Shown piece after piece: positions 49,027-59,455 of a stretch of DNA of 64,000 nucleotides (positions are counted from its first letter, which is position 1; every line of letters starts with the position of its first letter). The translations under genes were made by a program, and so were the position numbers. Origin of the DNA: Candidatus Latescibacterota bacterium (GTDB lineage Bacteria > Latescibacterota > UBA2968); assembly GCA_965116885.1 (NCBI GenBank), contig OZ220741.1:1760001-1824000 (forward strand). The letters are read 5' to 3'. The notes beneath the pieces are model-generated. The model saw only the letters and a program-made list of their open reading frames with translations. It had not been told where the DNA came from and did not search any database.

Positions 49027-49057
49027 GCGCACAGGACTATTGGGAGAGGAGAATAAA

Positions 49058-50191
49058 ATGGAGACCTCGGTAGAAGATACTATGGATGCTTATGTCCGCG
49101 AGGGCGAGGAGATGGCGTTCGCGCTTGGGAATCGCGGTGCTATCAAATTTAATGCGGATGGTACGCTGGATGAGGATATTGTAGAGGCGTATTGGCGCGT
49201 GGGTTTTTATGTGTTTGAGGGTGCGCTGGGCGATGAGGAGCTTGAGGATTTGCAGGCGGATCTGGCGCATGCGTTTGAGCGGGCGCCGCATACTAAAGAC
49301 GCGCTGGTCGATTCAATGGGCCGCAGAGCACTCGGGGCGGATCTGGCGCGACAGCCTTTTCGCTTTGTCAAACCGCTGAGCGATCCCGTGGGGGGGACGT
49401 CGAGCAATAATGGGCGGCATCCGGCCAGGATGTCGGAGCCAGAGCCTCCGGCTGATGCGCCGGATTATGTGATTTCCAATATTGCTGCGCCACTGCAAAT
49501 TATGGATTCTTGTTTGCGGCTTTATGGTCATCCCGAACTGCTGTCTGTTGCAGAGCAGATCAATGGGCCGGATTTTACGCCGTTTACGGAGTCTATTATT
49601 GTCAAGCAGCCAGGGCTGGGTGCATCGGTGGCCTGGCACCAGGACGGTACCACGCAGTGGGATAGGCCCGATTGGGATGAGGGTACGCACGGGTTTAATT
49701 TTATGGCTCAGCTTTTCGGGAGTACGGCGGTCAACGGGGTATGGGTGATTCCAGGGTCGCACAAGCAGGGCAAGCTGGATATTAAAGCGATGATTGCGGA
49801 TAACGGTGGTTCTGACCGTTTGCCGGGGGCGGTTCCCATGGTGTGTGAGCCAGGCGATGTGGTTATGTCCAACCGTCAGGCTCTGCACGCTTCTTTTGCC
49901 AATACGTCGCCAGATAAGCGGATGACGATCAATTTTGGCTTTCACCGTCGGTCTTCTGTTCTGAATGCGCGGGTGAGGCGTGGGGATGAACAGGTGATTT
50001 ACGATGAGGCGCGTATCTATGAGCGTTCTCGTTTGATCGCTTTGGGGATTGATGCGCGGCAGCAGCGTTTTCCAGATGAATCCCGCTATGTTTATCAGCC
50101 TCTGGTTGGGGAAGAGGATGCCAACCAGTGGAATGAGGAGACGCGGGAGAGTGTTTTGAAAAATTACAATATCAATGATCTCGGCCTCTAA
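49058..50191 (+). CDS. Phytanoyl-CoA dioxygenase (PhyH) family Fe/2OG oxygenase
   Basis: WHQD, PGSH, LHAS..N..R. Confidence 0.88.
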   Translation: METSVEDTMDAYVREGEEMAFALGNRGAIKFNADGTLDEDIVEAYWRVGFYVFEGALGDEELEDLQADLAHAFERAPHTKDALVDSMGRRALGADLARQPFRFVKPLSDPVGGTSSNNGRHPARMSEPEPPADAPDYVISNIAAPLQIMDSCLRLYGHPELLSVAEQINGPDFTPFTESIIVKQPGLGASVAWHQDGTTQWDRPDWDEGTHGFNFMAQLFGSTAVNGVWVIPGSHKQGKLDIKAMIADNGGSDRLPGAVPMVCEPGDVVMSNRQALHASFANTSPDKRMTINFGFHRRSSVLNARVRRGDEQVIYDEARIYERSRLIALGIDARQQRFPDESRYVYQPLVGEEDANQWNEETRESVLKNYNINDLGL

Positions 50192-50236
50192 AGGCGGGGA
50201 TAAATAATGACACCAATAAAACGAGGAGAGCTATCT

Positions 50237-50506
50237 ATGAGAACTATTACGCTCTCGCTTCCCGACCAGCCGCTCGGAGATGTAGAATTGACGGATGATG
50301 AACTCACTGGAGAGATTCGGATGTTGGCGGCTGTTAAGCTTTATGAACTCGGGCGTATTTCCAGTGGTCGGGCTGCCGAATTTGCGGGAATTTCTCGGGT
50401 TGAATTTCTCAACGAGTTAGGACGGTACAATGTATCGCCTTTTCAAATTACCCCTGAAGAGTTAAAGGCTGAGGTTAAAGGACTACGTGCCGATCTGGAT
50501 CAGTGA
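50237..50506 (+). CDS. UPF0175 family protein (orphan antitoxin)
   Basis: AVKLYELGRISSGRAAEFAGISRVEF; paralog of 14111 gene; RBS GAGGAG. Confidence 0.85.
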   Translation: MRTITLSLPDQPLGDVELTDDELTGEIRMLAAVKLYELGRISSGRAAEFAGISRVEFLNELGRYNVSPFQITPEELKAEVKGLRADLDQ

Positions 50507-50519
50507 TAAAATTATAGAC

Positions 50520-51977
50520 ATGAAACAAAAAGAGAATACATCGAAAAATCTCCAGGCAGGCGTTGCAAAGGTAGTGATAACCGATCCGGAGGCGGGACCG
50601 GCTAATGACCCTCTTTATGTCAAGGCGCTGGTTCTGAGGTCTGGTGATGAGATAGCTGTTATTGTGACTGTAGATGCGGTGGCTATAGCTGAGATCGGTT
50701 CTATCAGAAATGATTTTCTCGCCAATGTGCGTTCGCAATTGAATAGGGAGTTAAATCTCGATCCTGCGCGTATTCTGATTAATGCCAGCCATTGTCATGG
50801 TAAGGTCTGTGCAGATGTGGAACAGCGCACGGTTCGGGCGGTCGTGGAGGCATGGCAAAATATGGTCCCCGTACGTGTCGGTGCTGGTACCGGCTGCGAG
50901 GACAGGATTATGGAAAATCGCAGGCTTGTGTTGAAGAATGGAGAGGAAGCCGATGTCCGCCACGCGTATTCGCTTCCGCCCGATGGGGAAGTCGCTTCGG
51001 TTGGGCCAGTTGATCCGGAGATTGGCATTCTTCGGCTGGATAGGGAGGATGGAGAGACGCTGGCGGTTGTTTTCAATTTCGCGTGTCATCCGATTTTGGA
51101 GGTGCCAAGTAGAGAAAATACGGCGGATATTTCCGGTTTTGCGTCAAAGGTGATTGAAGATAATTTGAGCGAGGATACGATTGCCCTGTTTTTGCAGGGA
51201 TGCGGGGGCGATGTCAATCCGATTTTGTACAAGGATGTCAATAATCCTCGGGATGCCGAGGTTCTGGGAAATATGCTGGGTCTTAGCACGTTGCAGGGGT
51301 TGAAGAAGATCTGTAGTAGTGAGAGCGGGGAGTTGAAGATTATCCGTGAGACCATTGAACTTCCGAGGGCTGATCTCGCAGAGCGTATCGAATCTTTGCA
51401 GGCCGAACAGATACAATTGCTTCAGGATCTGAAGGGGACGAGTATCAATTTGAAGACGTTTATTCCTCTGTATGTGAAATACAATCTTTCCCGCGATTTT
51501 CCATCTTATTATTCTCATCGTTATTTGCATGAGGAGATGATGGGGCGAGATGGTTTGAAGAAGCTGGATGCCGAGAATAGAGAGAATATGGACCGGTATA
51601 TTGAGAATATTTACGCGATGGAGCAATTGACGAGGATCCAGATCAATCTGAATTTGCTCAAAAAACATCAGGCGCGGAATGTGGCTGCTGGAGAGAATAC
51701 GATCGAAGTTGAGATGATGGGTTTGAGGGTTGGGAAATTTGTTCTGGTGACGTTTCCGGGAGAGTTGTCGGTGGAGATTGGTCTCAATATTAAAAAGAAG
51801 TCTCCGCATAAGTTCACTTTTGTCGCGGGTGTTACAAATGGATACATCTATTATACACCAACGGCAGAGCAACTCAAAAATCGAGGTGGTGCACAGGAAG
51901 ATAGCGATTGTATGCTGGCGCCTGAGTGGCAGATGATTTTTGAGGATAAGGTGAGGAAGATATTGGCGGTGTTGTGA
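50520..51977 (+). CDS. Neutral/alkaline ceramidase-like hydrolase
   Basis: NASHCH, NFACHP, QGCGGD, PGEL, GYIYYTP. Confidence 0.72.
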   Translation: MKQKENTSKNLQAGVAKVVITDPEAGPANDPLYVKALVLRSGDEIAVIVTVDAVAIAEIGSIRNDFLANVRSQLNRELNLDPARILINASHCHGKVCADVEQRTVRAVVEAWQNMVPVRVGAGTGCEDRIMENRRLVLKNGEEADVRHAYSLPPDGEVASVGPVDPEIGILRLDREDGETLAVVFNFACHPILEVPSRENTADISGFASKVIEDNLSEDTIALFLQGCGGDVNPILYKDVNNPRDAEVLGNMLGLSTLQGLKKICSSESGELKIIRETIELPRADLAERIESLQAEQIQLLQDLKGTSINLKTFIPLYVKYNLSRDFPSYYSHRYLHEEMMGRDGLKKLDAENRENMDRYIENIYAMEQLTRIQINLNLLKKHQARNVAAGENTIEVEMMGLRVGKFVLVTFPGELSVEIGLNIKKKSPHKFTFVAGVTNGYIYYTPTAEQLKNRGGAQEDSDCMLAPEWQMIFEDKVRKILAVL

Positions 51978-52010
51978 AGGGTGATTTTTCATTTGATTGG
52001 AGGGTTTCCC

Positions 52011-52886
52011 ATGGAATATGGACTGAGTGTGGAACAGGTGGCGCAGTTCCACGACGATGGTTTTTTGATTGTTCGCGATCAACTTCCAGAAGAAGCGTAC
52101 CAACCGTTTGTCGATGAAGTTGTGGCTAAAATTGATGAGGTGGTGGGCGCGGCGGTGGATGAGGGGTTGCTCGATCCGGGGGATACGTTTCCCGACGCGT
52201 CTTTTGAGACCCGATTGGCTCTGGTGTCGAATGCCTGTTCGGAGCCAGAGCGGATCTGGAAGAATTTTCAGGGGAAGAGGTTTAAGACGCCCGGGATGTT
52301 TGCGCTCAGGACGCATCCCGCTATACTGGATGCGACTGAATCTCTGATTGGTCCTGAAATTTTTGCCCATCCGCAGTCCAACCTGCGCGCAAAATTGCCA
52401 GATCTGGAGGCGACCGTGGTGCCGTGGCATCAGGATCTGGCGTATCTCATACCGGAGGATGCGGGAGAGACGCTGTTCGTCAATTTCTGGATCCCACTGG
52501 TTAAGGCGACGGCTGATAACGGGTGTTTGCAGGTGCTTCGCGGCTCCCATCAGGTTGGTCTTTTGCCGCATGATTATCGGACACCTCACTTTAAAGGGGT
52601 CTTCGAAAGCGATCTTCCGGATTTTGAGGTCGTGACCTGCGAGGTGGATGTGGGCGATGTATTGTTGACGATGGAGCGCGTTTTGCATCGTTCAACTCCA
52701 CATACGACAAAATCCGTCAGGTGGAGTCTGGATGTCCGCTATAGCCGCATTGGGCTTCCGACCGGTCGTGAGAATGTGCCGGGTTTTATCGCCCGTAGTC
52801 AGGTCAATCCGGAGGGTGTGGCGAGGTCCCATCACGACTGGATCAGGAATTACGAGATGGCGGGTATCGATCCGGTCGGCAATTGA
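52011..52886 (+). CDS. Phytanoyl-CoA dioxygenase (PhyH) family protein
   Basis: FHDDGFL, PWHQD, NGCL...GSH, HRS...RWSLD. Confidence 0.9.
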   Translation: MEYGLSVEQVAQFHDDGFLIVRDQLPEEAYQPFVDEVVAKIDEVVGAAVDEGLLDPGDTFPDASFETRLALVSNACSEPERIWKNFQGKRFKTPGMFALRTHPAILDATESLIGPEIFAHPQSNLRAKLPDLEATVVPWHQDLAYLIPEDAGETLFVNFWIPLVKATADNGCLQVLRGSHQVGLLPHDYRTPHFKGVFESDLPDFEVVTCEVDVGDVLLTMERVLHRSTPHTTKSVRWSLDVRYSRIGLPTGRENVPGFIARSQVNPEGVARSHHDWIRNYEMAGIDPVGN

Positions 52887-52899
52887 GGAGGAGTGTTTT

Positions 52900-54150
52900 A
52901 TGGAACTGACAGGAGAACAGCAGGCTGTTCTGGATGGGTCGCGGGGAGACTATCTGGCCAAGTGTATGCGCTGGCTGGTCGATTGGGGCAAGGTGATGGG
53001 GGCAAAACGGCTGGTTAAGGTGGATAATACACACGCTTTGCTGCCGGTGCCCAATTTGATGGCACAGGGGGCGTCCAAAGAGACGATGGACCGATATATG
53101 GCCGATCTCGTGGAGGCGTGTTCCCACGGGACACATCCCGGATGTACCTGTACGGTGCATGCGGCGTTTGTGACTCTGGACGATGTGGATGTGCCCGAGA
53201 ATGATCCCGAACAGGTGCAGATGCAGAAGGATCTGGCGGTTCTGGCTGCGGATGCGGGATTTATCCCCACTTTTACCTGTGCTCCGTATCTGGTGGGCAA
53301 TGTGCCGCTCAAGGACGAGGTTCTGGCGTGGACGGAGTCGTCTGCGGTGGTTTATGCCAATTCTATCCTGGGCGCGCGGACTACGCGGCACGGCACGGAG
53401 AGCGCGATTGCCGCCTCGCTTCTGGGTCTGGTTCCGGAGTTTGGCGTGTTGCTGGATGAGAACCGCAAGGGTACGCTTCGGATTGAGGTGACGGCGGAGT
53501 TGGAAGATCCACCGGATTGGGGTGCTCTGGGCTATTTTGCCGGGAAAGCAGCGGGTCTGGGTATTCCGGTGTTCAATGGCATACGACGGCCCTCTCAGGA
53601 TGAGGCCAAGCAACTGTGTGCGGCGCTGGCGACTTCGGGCGGAGTGACGATGTGTCATATCGCGGGTGTTACGCCAGAGGCGCCCACGATAGATGCGGCT
53701 TTTCAGGGGGATGTTCCAGAGGATTATCTGACGTTTGATGCAGCGACTTTGAAGGAAACGTATGAGTCTTTGCGGGTGCGCACGGGAGATGAAATCGATT
53801 CGGTAATTCTGGGCTGTCCGCATGCGTCTATTAATGAGTTGTCGAAAATTGCCGCTCTTTTGAAGGGGAAAAAGGTGGCGGAAGGCGTGCGCCTGTGGAT
53901 AGATACGGCGCGGGGTACCAAGGGGAATGCGGATAGGATGGGATATACGGAGATTATCGAGGCGGCTGGCGGGCGCATTCTCTGCGATACCTGTCCGACC
54001 AATATGCGGATTCCGGCGAAGCGCATTGTGACCCACGGTTTTAAGCAGGCGCACTATGCGCGGGGGATGGTGGGGGCGGAAGTGATTATTGCCAAGACGG
54101 AGGCCTGCATACGCGCGGCAGTTGCCGGGAGGTGGCTCGGAGATGGCTGA
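52900..54150 (+). CDS. Aconitase X catalytic subunit (DUF521)
   Basis: TCAPY, ESSAVVYANSILGART, GCPH, DTC; RBS GAGGAGG. Confidence 0.9.
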   Translation: MELTGEQQAVLDGSRGDYLAKCMRWLVDWGKVMGAKRLVKVDNTHALLPVPNLMAQGASKETMDRYMADLVEACSHGTHPGCTCTVHAAFVTLDDVDVPENDPEQVQMQKDLAVLAADAGFIPTFTCAPYLVGNVPLKDEVLAWTESSAVVYANSILGARTTRHGTESAIAASLLGLVPEFGVLLDENRKGTLRIEVTAELEDPPDWGALGYFAGKAAGLGIPVFNGIRRPSQDEAKQLCAALATSGGVTMCHIAGVTPEAPTIDAAFQGDVPEDYLTFDAATLKETYESLRVRTGDEIDSVILGCPHASINELSKIAALLKGKKVAEGVRLWIDTARGTKGNADRMGYTEIIEAAGGRILCDTCPTNMRIPAKRIVTHGFKQAHYARGMVGAEVIIAKTEACIRAAVAGRWLGDG

Positions 54151-54559
54151 GACTATTGATATCAGGGGACACGGTGTGGTTAAGGGATACGCGGCGGGCG
54201 AGGCGCTGGTGGCCGATACGACGCTGTCGTTCTGGGGCGAGGTGGATGCAATTACCGGAAAAGTGATCGGCGTGGGGCATCCTCTGGAGGGGATTTCTCT
54301 GGGGGGACGCGTGCTGGTTATCCGCTCGACCAAAGGTTCTTCGGGTACGCCTATGGTTTTAAATCTGGCACAGTTGGAGGGCAACGCGCCTGCGGCTTTT
54401 GTCAATGTGGAGGTGGATGGATTGGCCGCTCTTGGATGTATTGTCAATGAGATTCCGATGATGACAGAGTTGGAACGGGATCCGTTTGAGTTGATCGCTA
54501 CGGGCGACCATGTGGTGGTGGATGCCGATGAGGGCGTGCTGCGGGTGACGCGAAAGTGA
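54143..54559 (+). CDS. Aconitase X swivel subunit (DUF126)
   Basis: GEALV...LSFWGEVD..TG...HPL.G, KGSS. Confidence 0.9.
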   Translation: MAETIDIRGHGVVKGYAAGEALVADTTLSFWGEVDAITGKVIGVGHPLEGISLGGRVLVIRSTKGSSGTPMVLNLAQLEGNAPAAFVNVEVDGLAALGCIVNEIPMMTELERDPFELIATGDHVVVDADEGVLRVTRK

Positions 54560-54664
54560 GGAGATAAATGGTATCTGGACATCCATCATGGCGTTCCCTG
54601 GTCGGAGGTCGTTGCGCGGGGCGACGGGTGATTGTGTTTCCACATCTGAATTTGGTTATACGCA

Positions 54665-55411
54665 ATGTCTTTGTCTTTTAGATCTCGCGTTCCCGTATTT
54701 GACGCCAATGTCGGGATCGGCAATCGCCACGACCGGCGCTCTCCAGTAGATTCACCCGGTCAGTTGCTCGAAGAGATGGGACGCCACGGGATTGATCGCG
54801 CGCTTGTCTATTCCGTTCAAGGCGAATGGATTAGTCCGATTCATGGGAATGATTCGCTCGCTGGGGTGACGGGGCAAAATGACGCGCTGGTTCCCCAGTT
54901 CGTCGCCGGGTGCGATTCCGGTTCGCTGAGGCAGTTGTGCGATTTCCACCGGGATGGCGTCGTTTCGAGCGTTCGGTTGCACAATACCGAGGAATGCAGG
55001 CTGCCATTTGTTTCGTGGCTCTATGGTGATTTGCTCGCATGGCTGAGTGCTGAGGGTATTCCCCTCTGGGTCTCGCTGGCGGATACGCCTCCGGCTGAGA
55101 TCGTCGATACGCTGGGTGGGTATCCGGATCTGACTGTTGTGCTGGTCGGCGCGCACTATACGCATTCGATGATGATCCGTCCGATGGTGCGGGTGTTGCC
55201 CAATGCGTTTCTCGAGCTCAGCCGTTATGAGAATATCTGCGGGATTGAGAAGCTGGTGCGGGAGTTTGGTGCGAGTCGTCTGCTGTACGGGTCGTTTTTC
55301 CCGCGGTATGCGATGGGTCCGATGCTGTTCGCGCTCCATCATCTGGAGATATCAGACGATGATCTCCGGTTGATTTGTGCGGCGAATCTGGAGCGGGTTC
55401 TCTATGATTGA
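54665..55411 (+). CDS. Amidohydrolase-like TIM barrel protein
   Basis: DAN (degenerate HxH), RLLYGS. Confidence 0.7.
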   Translation: MSLSFRSRVPVFDANVGIGNRHDRRSPVDSPGQLLEEMGRHGIDRALVYSVQGEWISPIHGNDSLAGVTGQNDALVPQFVAGCDSGSLRQLCDFHRDGVVSSVRLHNTEECRLPFVSWLYGDLLAWLSAEGIPLWVSLADTPPAEIVDTLGGYPDLTVVLVGAHYTHSMMIRPMVRVLPNAFLELSRYENICGIEKLVREFGASRLLYGSFFPRYAMGPMLFALHHLEISDDDLRLICAANLERVLYD

Positions 55412-56153
55412 CGGTTGGGAAGTTATCGATTTTCACGGGCACGTCGGCCGATGGGATATTTTTGAGATGGGCGATGATGCCGACGAGATTCTCCACGCGA
55501 TGGATGCCGTGGGAATTGATCGCTGTTGTATGTTCAATATTTTTCATCCAGATGGCGCGACGGGTAATGATCAGACTGCGGCTTTTGTGGGTCGCTATCC
55601 GGAGAGGTTTATCGGTTTTGCCTATGTTTCTCCCCTGATGCCCGAGTTTATGGTGCCGGAGTTGGAACGGGCGATCGACGCGCTCGGATTTTTGGCGATT
55701 AAGATCTACCCGCCCTATTCCCGCTGGCTGTTGAACGATCCGGTGTGGGATCCGGTCTATCAGTTTGCGGATGACCGCGGTCTGGCGATTATTTCGCACA
55801 CGGGTGGGGAAGAGACGTGTTGGCCCGTTTATGTTGAGGATATTGCCGGGCGCTATCCGAATGCGAATTTTGTGATCGCGCATGCGGGCAATTCCGAGCC
55901 GTATAGAAGTCAGGCGATTCGGGCGGCGCAGCGGTTTTCAAATGTTTATGTCGAGACGTGTTCCACTTTCCGCGAGCCTGGTGTGATCGAAAGGCTGGTG
56001 GCAGAAGCGGGTGCCGATCGCGTACTTTTCGGTTCGGATGTTCCGCTTATGGATCCGCGAACGCAACTGGGGAAGATTATTACCGCGAGGATTGGCGATT
56101 GGGAAAAGCGCCTGGTGCTTGGTGAAAATGCGAGACGTTTGTTGAAATTGTGA
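55404..56153 (+). CDS. Amidohydrolase family protein
   Basis: DFHGH, HTG, AHAG, FGSD, ENARRL. Confidence 0.88.
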   Translation: MIDGWEVIDFHGHVGRWDIFEMGDDADEILHAMDAVGIDRCCMFNIFHPDGATGNDQTAAFVGRYPERFIGFAYVSPLMPEFMVPELERAIDALGFLAIKIYPPYSRWLLNDPVWDPVYQFADDRGLAIISHTGGEETCWPVYVEDIAGRYPNANFVIAHAGNSEPYRSQAIRAAQRFSNVYVETCSTFREPGVIERLVAEAGADRVLFGSDVPLMDPRTQLGKIITARIGDWEKRLVLGENARRLLKL

Positions 56154-56166
56154 TGGAGATTGTGCC

Positions 56167-57488
56167 ATGTCGCAAGAGACTATTGAAGTTAGATACCGCG
56201 AATTGACGCCGATGTCCCGTCAGATGTTTGAGGATGGTCGATCGGTAAATGCCGGCGCCGCCAAGGGCGCCTATTTTTTTGCGCCGTATCCGATCGCGCT
56301 GCGGCGGGGAAAGGGATGTGTGCTCGAAGATGTTGATGGCAGGTCCTATGTCGATTTCTCGAATCACCACACTGCGCAGGTTCTGGGGCATAACCATCCT
56401 GCGATAGTAGGAGCGGTGGAGAGGCAGTTGGTCGATGGTATCGCGCTTGGCGCTGCAACGGGGGTCGAGACCCGGTTGGCGCGGATGATGTGCGAGCGCA
56501 TATCTTCGGTTGAGCGCATCCGTTTTGCAGTTCCGGGACCGAGGCTACATTGCACGCTGTCCGGCTGGCGAGGTGTTTTAGCGGCAGGCCAAAGATCGCG
56601 AAGTTCGAGGGCGGTTACCACGGGAGTCACGATGCTGTGGAGATCAGCACTGCTCCGCCCCTGGAATCCGCGGGCGAAGCGTCTGCGCCCAATGCGGTTC
56701 CCAGTGCGGGGGGTATGGCGTTGCACGCGCTTGAGGATGTGATTGTTTTGCCTTATAACGACGAGGAGAGTGTCGAGCGGCTTTTGTCGCGCCACCGGGA
56801 TGAACTGGCGTGTGTAATTCTCGATCCAAAGGCGGGTATTATTCCGATCCGGCACGATTTTATCCAGCGGGTGCGCGCGATTACCGAGGAACTCGGCATT
56901 TTGCTGATTCTCGACGAGATTGTCGGTTTTCGTCAGGCGAAGGGTGGCTTGCAGAGTCATGTGGGGATCAAGCCCGATTTGACGTGTTTTGGCAAGATGA
57001 TCGGCGGTGGGTTTCCCGTCGGGGCTTTTGGCGGGCGAGCGGATGTTATGGATCTGGTGGATAATTCCAGCGGGTCTTCACCTGTTTTTCAGAGTGGTAC
57101 CCACAGCAGTCACGCGGTGGCGATGGCCGCGGGGATCGCTACGCTTGAATCTATGACGGACGAGGCTTACGCTCATCTGAATCGTCTGGGGAATCGGCTG
57201 AAGATCGGTCTGGAAGATTTGTTCGCCGAACGGGGTGTTATGGCACAGGTTGTTGTGACGGGGTCGGTGTTCGGTATTCACTTTGGTATTGACCGGTTGC
57301 GCGATTATCGCGATTTGACCCGGTCGGATAAGGCAATGGCACACGCTGTGTTTCTGTCTCTGCTCAATCAGGGCTATTTCTGCGGGCAGGGGCTGACGAT
57401 GTGTGCGATCAGTCTGCCGACGCAAGACGAGCACATCGATGGTTTGATTCTATCGGTTGGAAATGCCCTCAATGAGGTTGCTTCATAG
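56167..57488 (+). pseudogene. Glutamate-1-semialdehyde aminotransferase-like class III enzyme, frameshifted
   Basis: Adding one T to the T4 at 56523-56526 restores RFCSSGTEATLHAVRLAR and joins the two ORFs; downstream FEGGYHG, DEIVGFR, FGK motifs. Confidence 0.85.
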
Positions 57489-57529
57489 GGCGGATTATAC
57501 GAGGTCAGACTCTGTAGAAGGAATTGAAT

Positions 57530-59443
57530 ATGTTATTCCGCATGCGTTTAGTACAAATCATACTCATCGCGCTGTTGACCCAACCGCTGTCTGCGGCACC
57601 TTCACCGGATTTTGACGAGAGTGGTGTGGTCGATTTTACCGACTTTTTGCTATTTGTCAGCGCGTTTGCGTCTCGGGAAGGTCAGGAGAGGTACGATGCA
57701 AAATACGATTTGAACGGCGATGGCGAGATTGGGTTTGGCGATTTTTTGCTCTTTGCCAGCGACTTTGGCAGGACAGCGGAATTTCTGCGGAATGCGAGGA
57801 CCTATCAGCAGTTTGTGAAGGACAAAGAGAATGGGAGAGAACCCATTTTACCCGATTTTTCTTATTCGGGGTATCACTATTTCAATAAGCCCGTGCCCGA
57901 TGTAGCGCACCCCATATTCGACGTTACGACGTATGGTGCGATTCCCAATGATGATGTGTCTGACCAGCCTGCTATTGTACGTGCTATTGCCGCAGCAGAG
58001 GAAAATGGCAGGGGGGTCGTGTTCTTTCCACCGGGTGAATTTCTCGTCAATACCGATACGGATAAAAACGATGAGGGCTACAACGAGCCTATCTATATCT
58101 ACAGTAGCAATATTGTTTTGCGAGGCAGCGGCAGCCGAGAGGGTGGGACTATTATCCGAATGGTCAATTACATGGTCCCCCCTCCCGATAGACCCGGTTA
58201 TGTGCCCAGTATGTTCAATTTCCAGCCTGTTAGCTTCAGCCGTTCTACCTTAGCGCGTATTACTGAGAGTGCGGAGCGAGAAACTTTTTGGATTACAGTG
58301 AATAATGCTTCCAGGCTCTCAGTCGGTCAGTGGATTTGGGTCTCTATGACTGTCAGGGATGCAGAAGGAATTAATGCGTTTATTGCCCCTCGTTCGCCAT
58401 CCGGCTTGTCAGAACTTTTCGACGTGGGGCTTGATATACGGGAAGAACACAGCATTGCCGAGATTCAAGGCAATCGGGTTCGCCTCAATGAACCTCTGCA
58501 TACCCGTGTGAATCAAGGGTCGGCGGTGCAGTCCTTGCCTCACCTTGCAGAAGTCGGTGTTGAGGACATCAGTTTTCACGGCTCGTTTTTTGAGTCATTT
58601 GTCCATCACCTGAATCTCATCCACAATGCGGGCTGGAAGCCGCTCTCATTCAATCGGTGTGTCAATTCCTGGGTTCGGCGCGTCTCTTTCATGCATGTCA
58701 GTGGCGCAATTGGTTTTACTGTCAGTGCTGCCTCATCGGTTTACCAGGTTACAATCGCGGGAAATAAGGGGCATACTGCTTTTAATAGTCAAGGTAGTTA
58801 CGGGATATGGTTTGGTCTGTCAGAAGATATTGCGGGTCAGGCGCCTTATAGCACAGCCCCTCTCATCGATGCTCAGAGGAACACCCGTGCGATTCCAGGA
58901 CAGCATCATGGCACGGGTATGAGTCATGTCTCAACGGGCAATGTAATTTACCGCTATGATATGTCTCCAGACCAGCCACTCGATATCCATAAGACGGATC
59001 CCAGCTACGCAAATTTGTACGATTGTGTGAATAATGGCAGGCTTTCTGGTAGCAGTGGTGGCGGGGTCGAGCCACATCATCTCAGGCGTCTCGTGTTCTG
59101 GAATTACAACCACGGGGGCGATGTTACTCACTATGATTTTTGGGCGGGGTATCTCAAATTTTTGTTTCCGATTATTGTGGGCTTTCACGGCAATCCCGCG
59201 ACCTTTAATGAGAGTGATCTCGAGGTTTTGGAATCCAATGGCGAGGCGGTTGCTCCGGAATCGCTTTTTGACGCCCAACTCGAATTGCGTTTGGGCGCTT
59301 TGCCGGTCTGGGTAAAAGATCTACGCACGGAGTGGGAAACGATTCGCAGTATTCCACTTGCAATCTCAAGAGGTAAGCCTTCTGGAATAGGACTTACTGT
59401 GAATTCAAAAGCGTACAACCCAAATTTTTATAGCTGTTATTAG
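57530..59443 (+). CDS. Secreted dockerin/EF-hand-tagged beta-helix protein (pectate-lyase-like, DUF4955-like)
   Basis: Signal peptide; DFDESGVVDFTDF / DLNGDGEIGFGDF; LPDFSYSGY, DVTTYGAIPND, VVFFPPG, PESLFDAQL. Confidence 0.75.
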   Translation: MLFRMRLVQIILIALLTQPLSAAPSPDFDESGVVDFTDFLLFVSAFASREGQERYDAKYDLNGDGEIGFGDFLLFASDFGRTAEFLRNARTYQQFVKDKENGREPILPDFSYSGYHYFNKPVPDVAHPIFDVTTYGAIPNDDVSDQPAIVRAIAAAEENGRGVVFFPPGEFLVNTDTDKNDEGYNEPIYIYSSNIVLRGSGSREGGTIIRMVNYMVPPPDRPGYVPSMFNFQPVSFSRSTLARITESAERETFWITVNNASRLSVGQWIWVSMTVRDAEGINAFIAPRSPSGLSELFDVGLDIREEHSIAEIQGNRVRLNEPLHTRVNQGSAVQSLPHLAEVGVEDISFHGSFFESFVHHLNLIHNAGWKPLSFNRCVNSWVRRVSFMHVSGAIGFTVSAASSVYQVTIAGNKGHTAFNSQGSYGIWFGLSEDIAGQAPYSTAPLIDAQRNTRAIPGQHHGTGMSHVSTGNVIYRYDMSPDQPLDIHKTDPSYANLYDCVNNGRLSGSSGGGVEPHHLRRLVFWNYNHGGDVTHYDFWAGYLKFLFPIIVGFHGNPATFNESDLEVLESNGEAVAPESLFDAQLELRLGALPVWVKDLRTEWETIRSIPLAISRGKPSGIGLTVNSKAYNPNFYSCY

Positions 59444-59455
59444 GATGAGTTTAAT

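Noticed and set aside
51144..52688. 514-aa minus-strand ORF
   Set aside because: Shadow of the ceramidase-like and PhyH genes
52843..54582. 579-aa minus-strand ORF
   Set aside because: Antisense shadow of the well-supported aconitase X genes; no recognisable motifs
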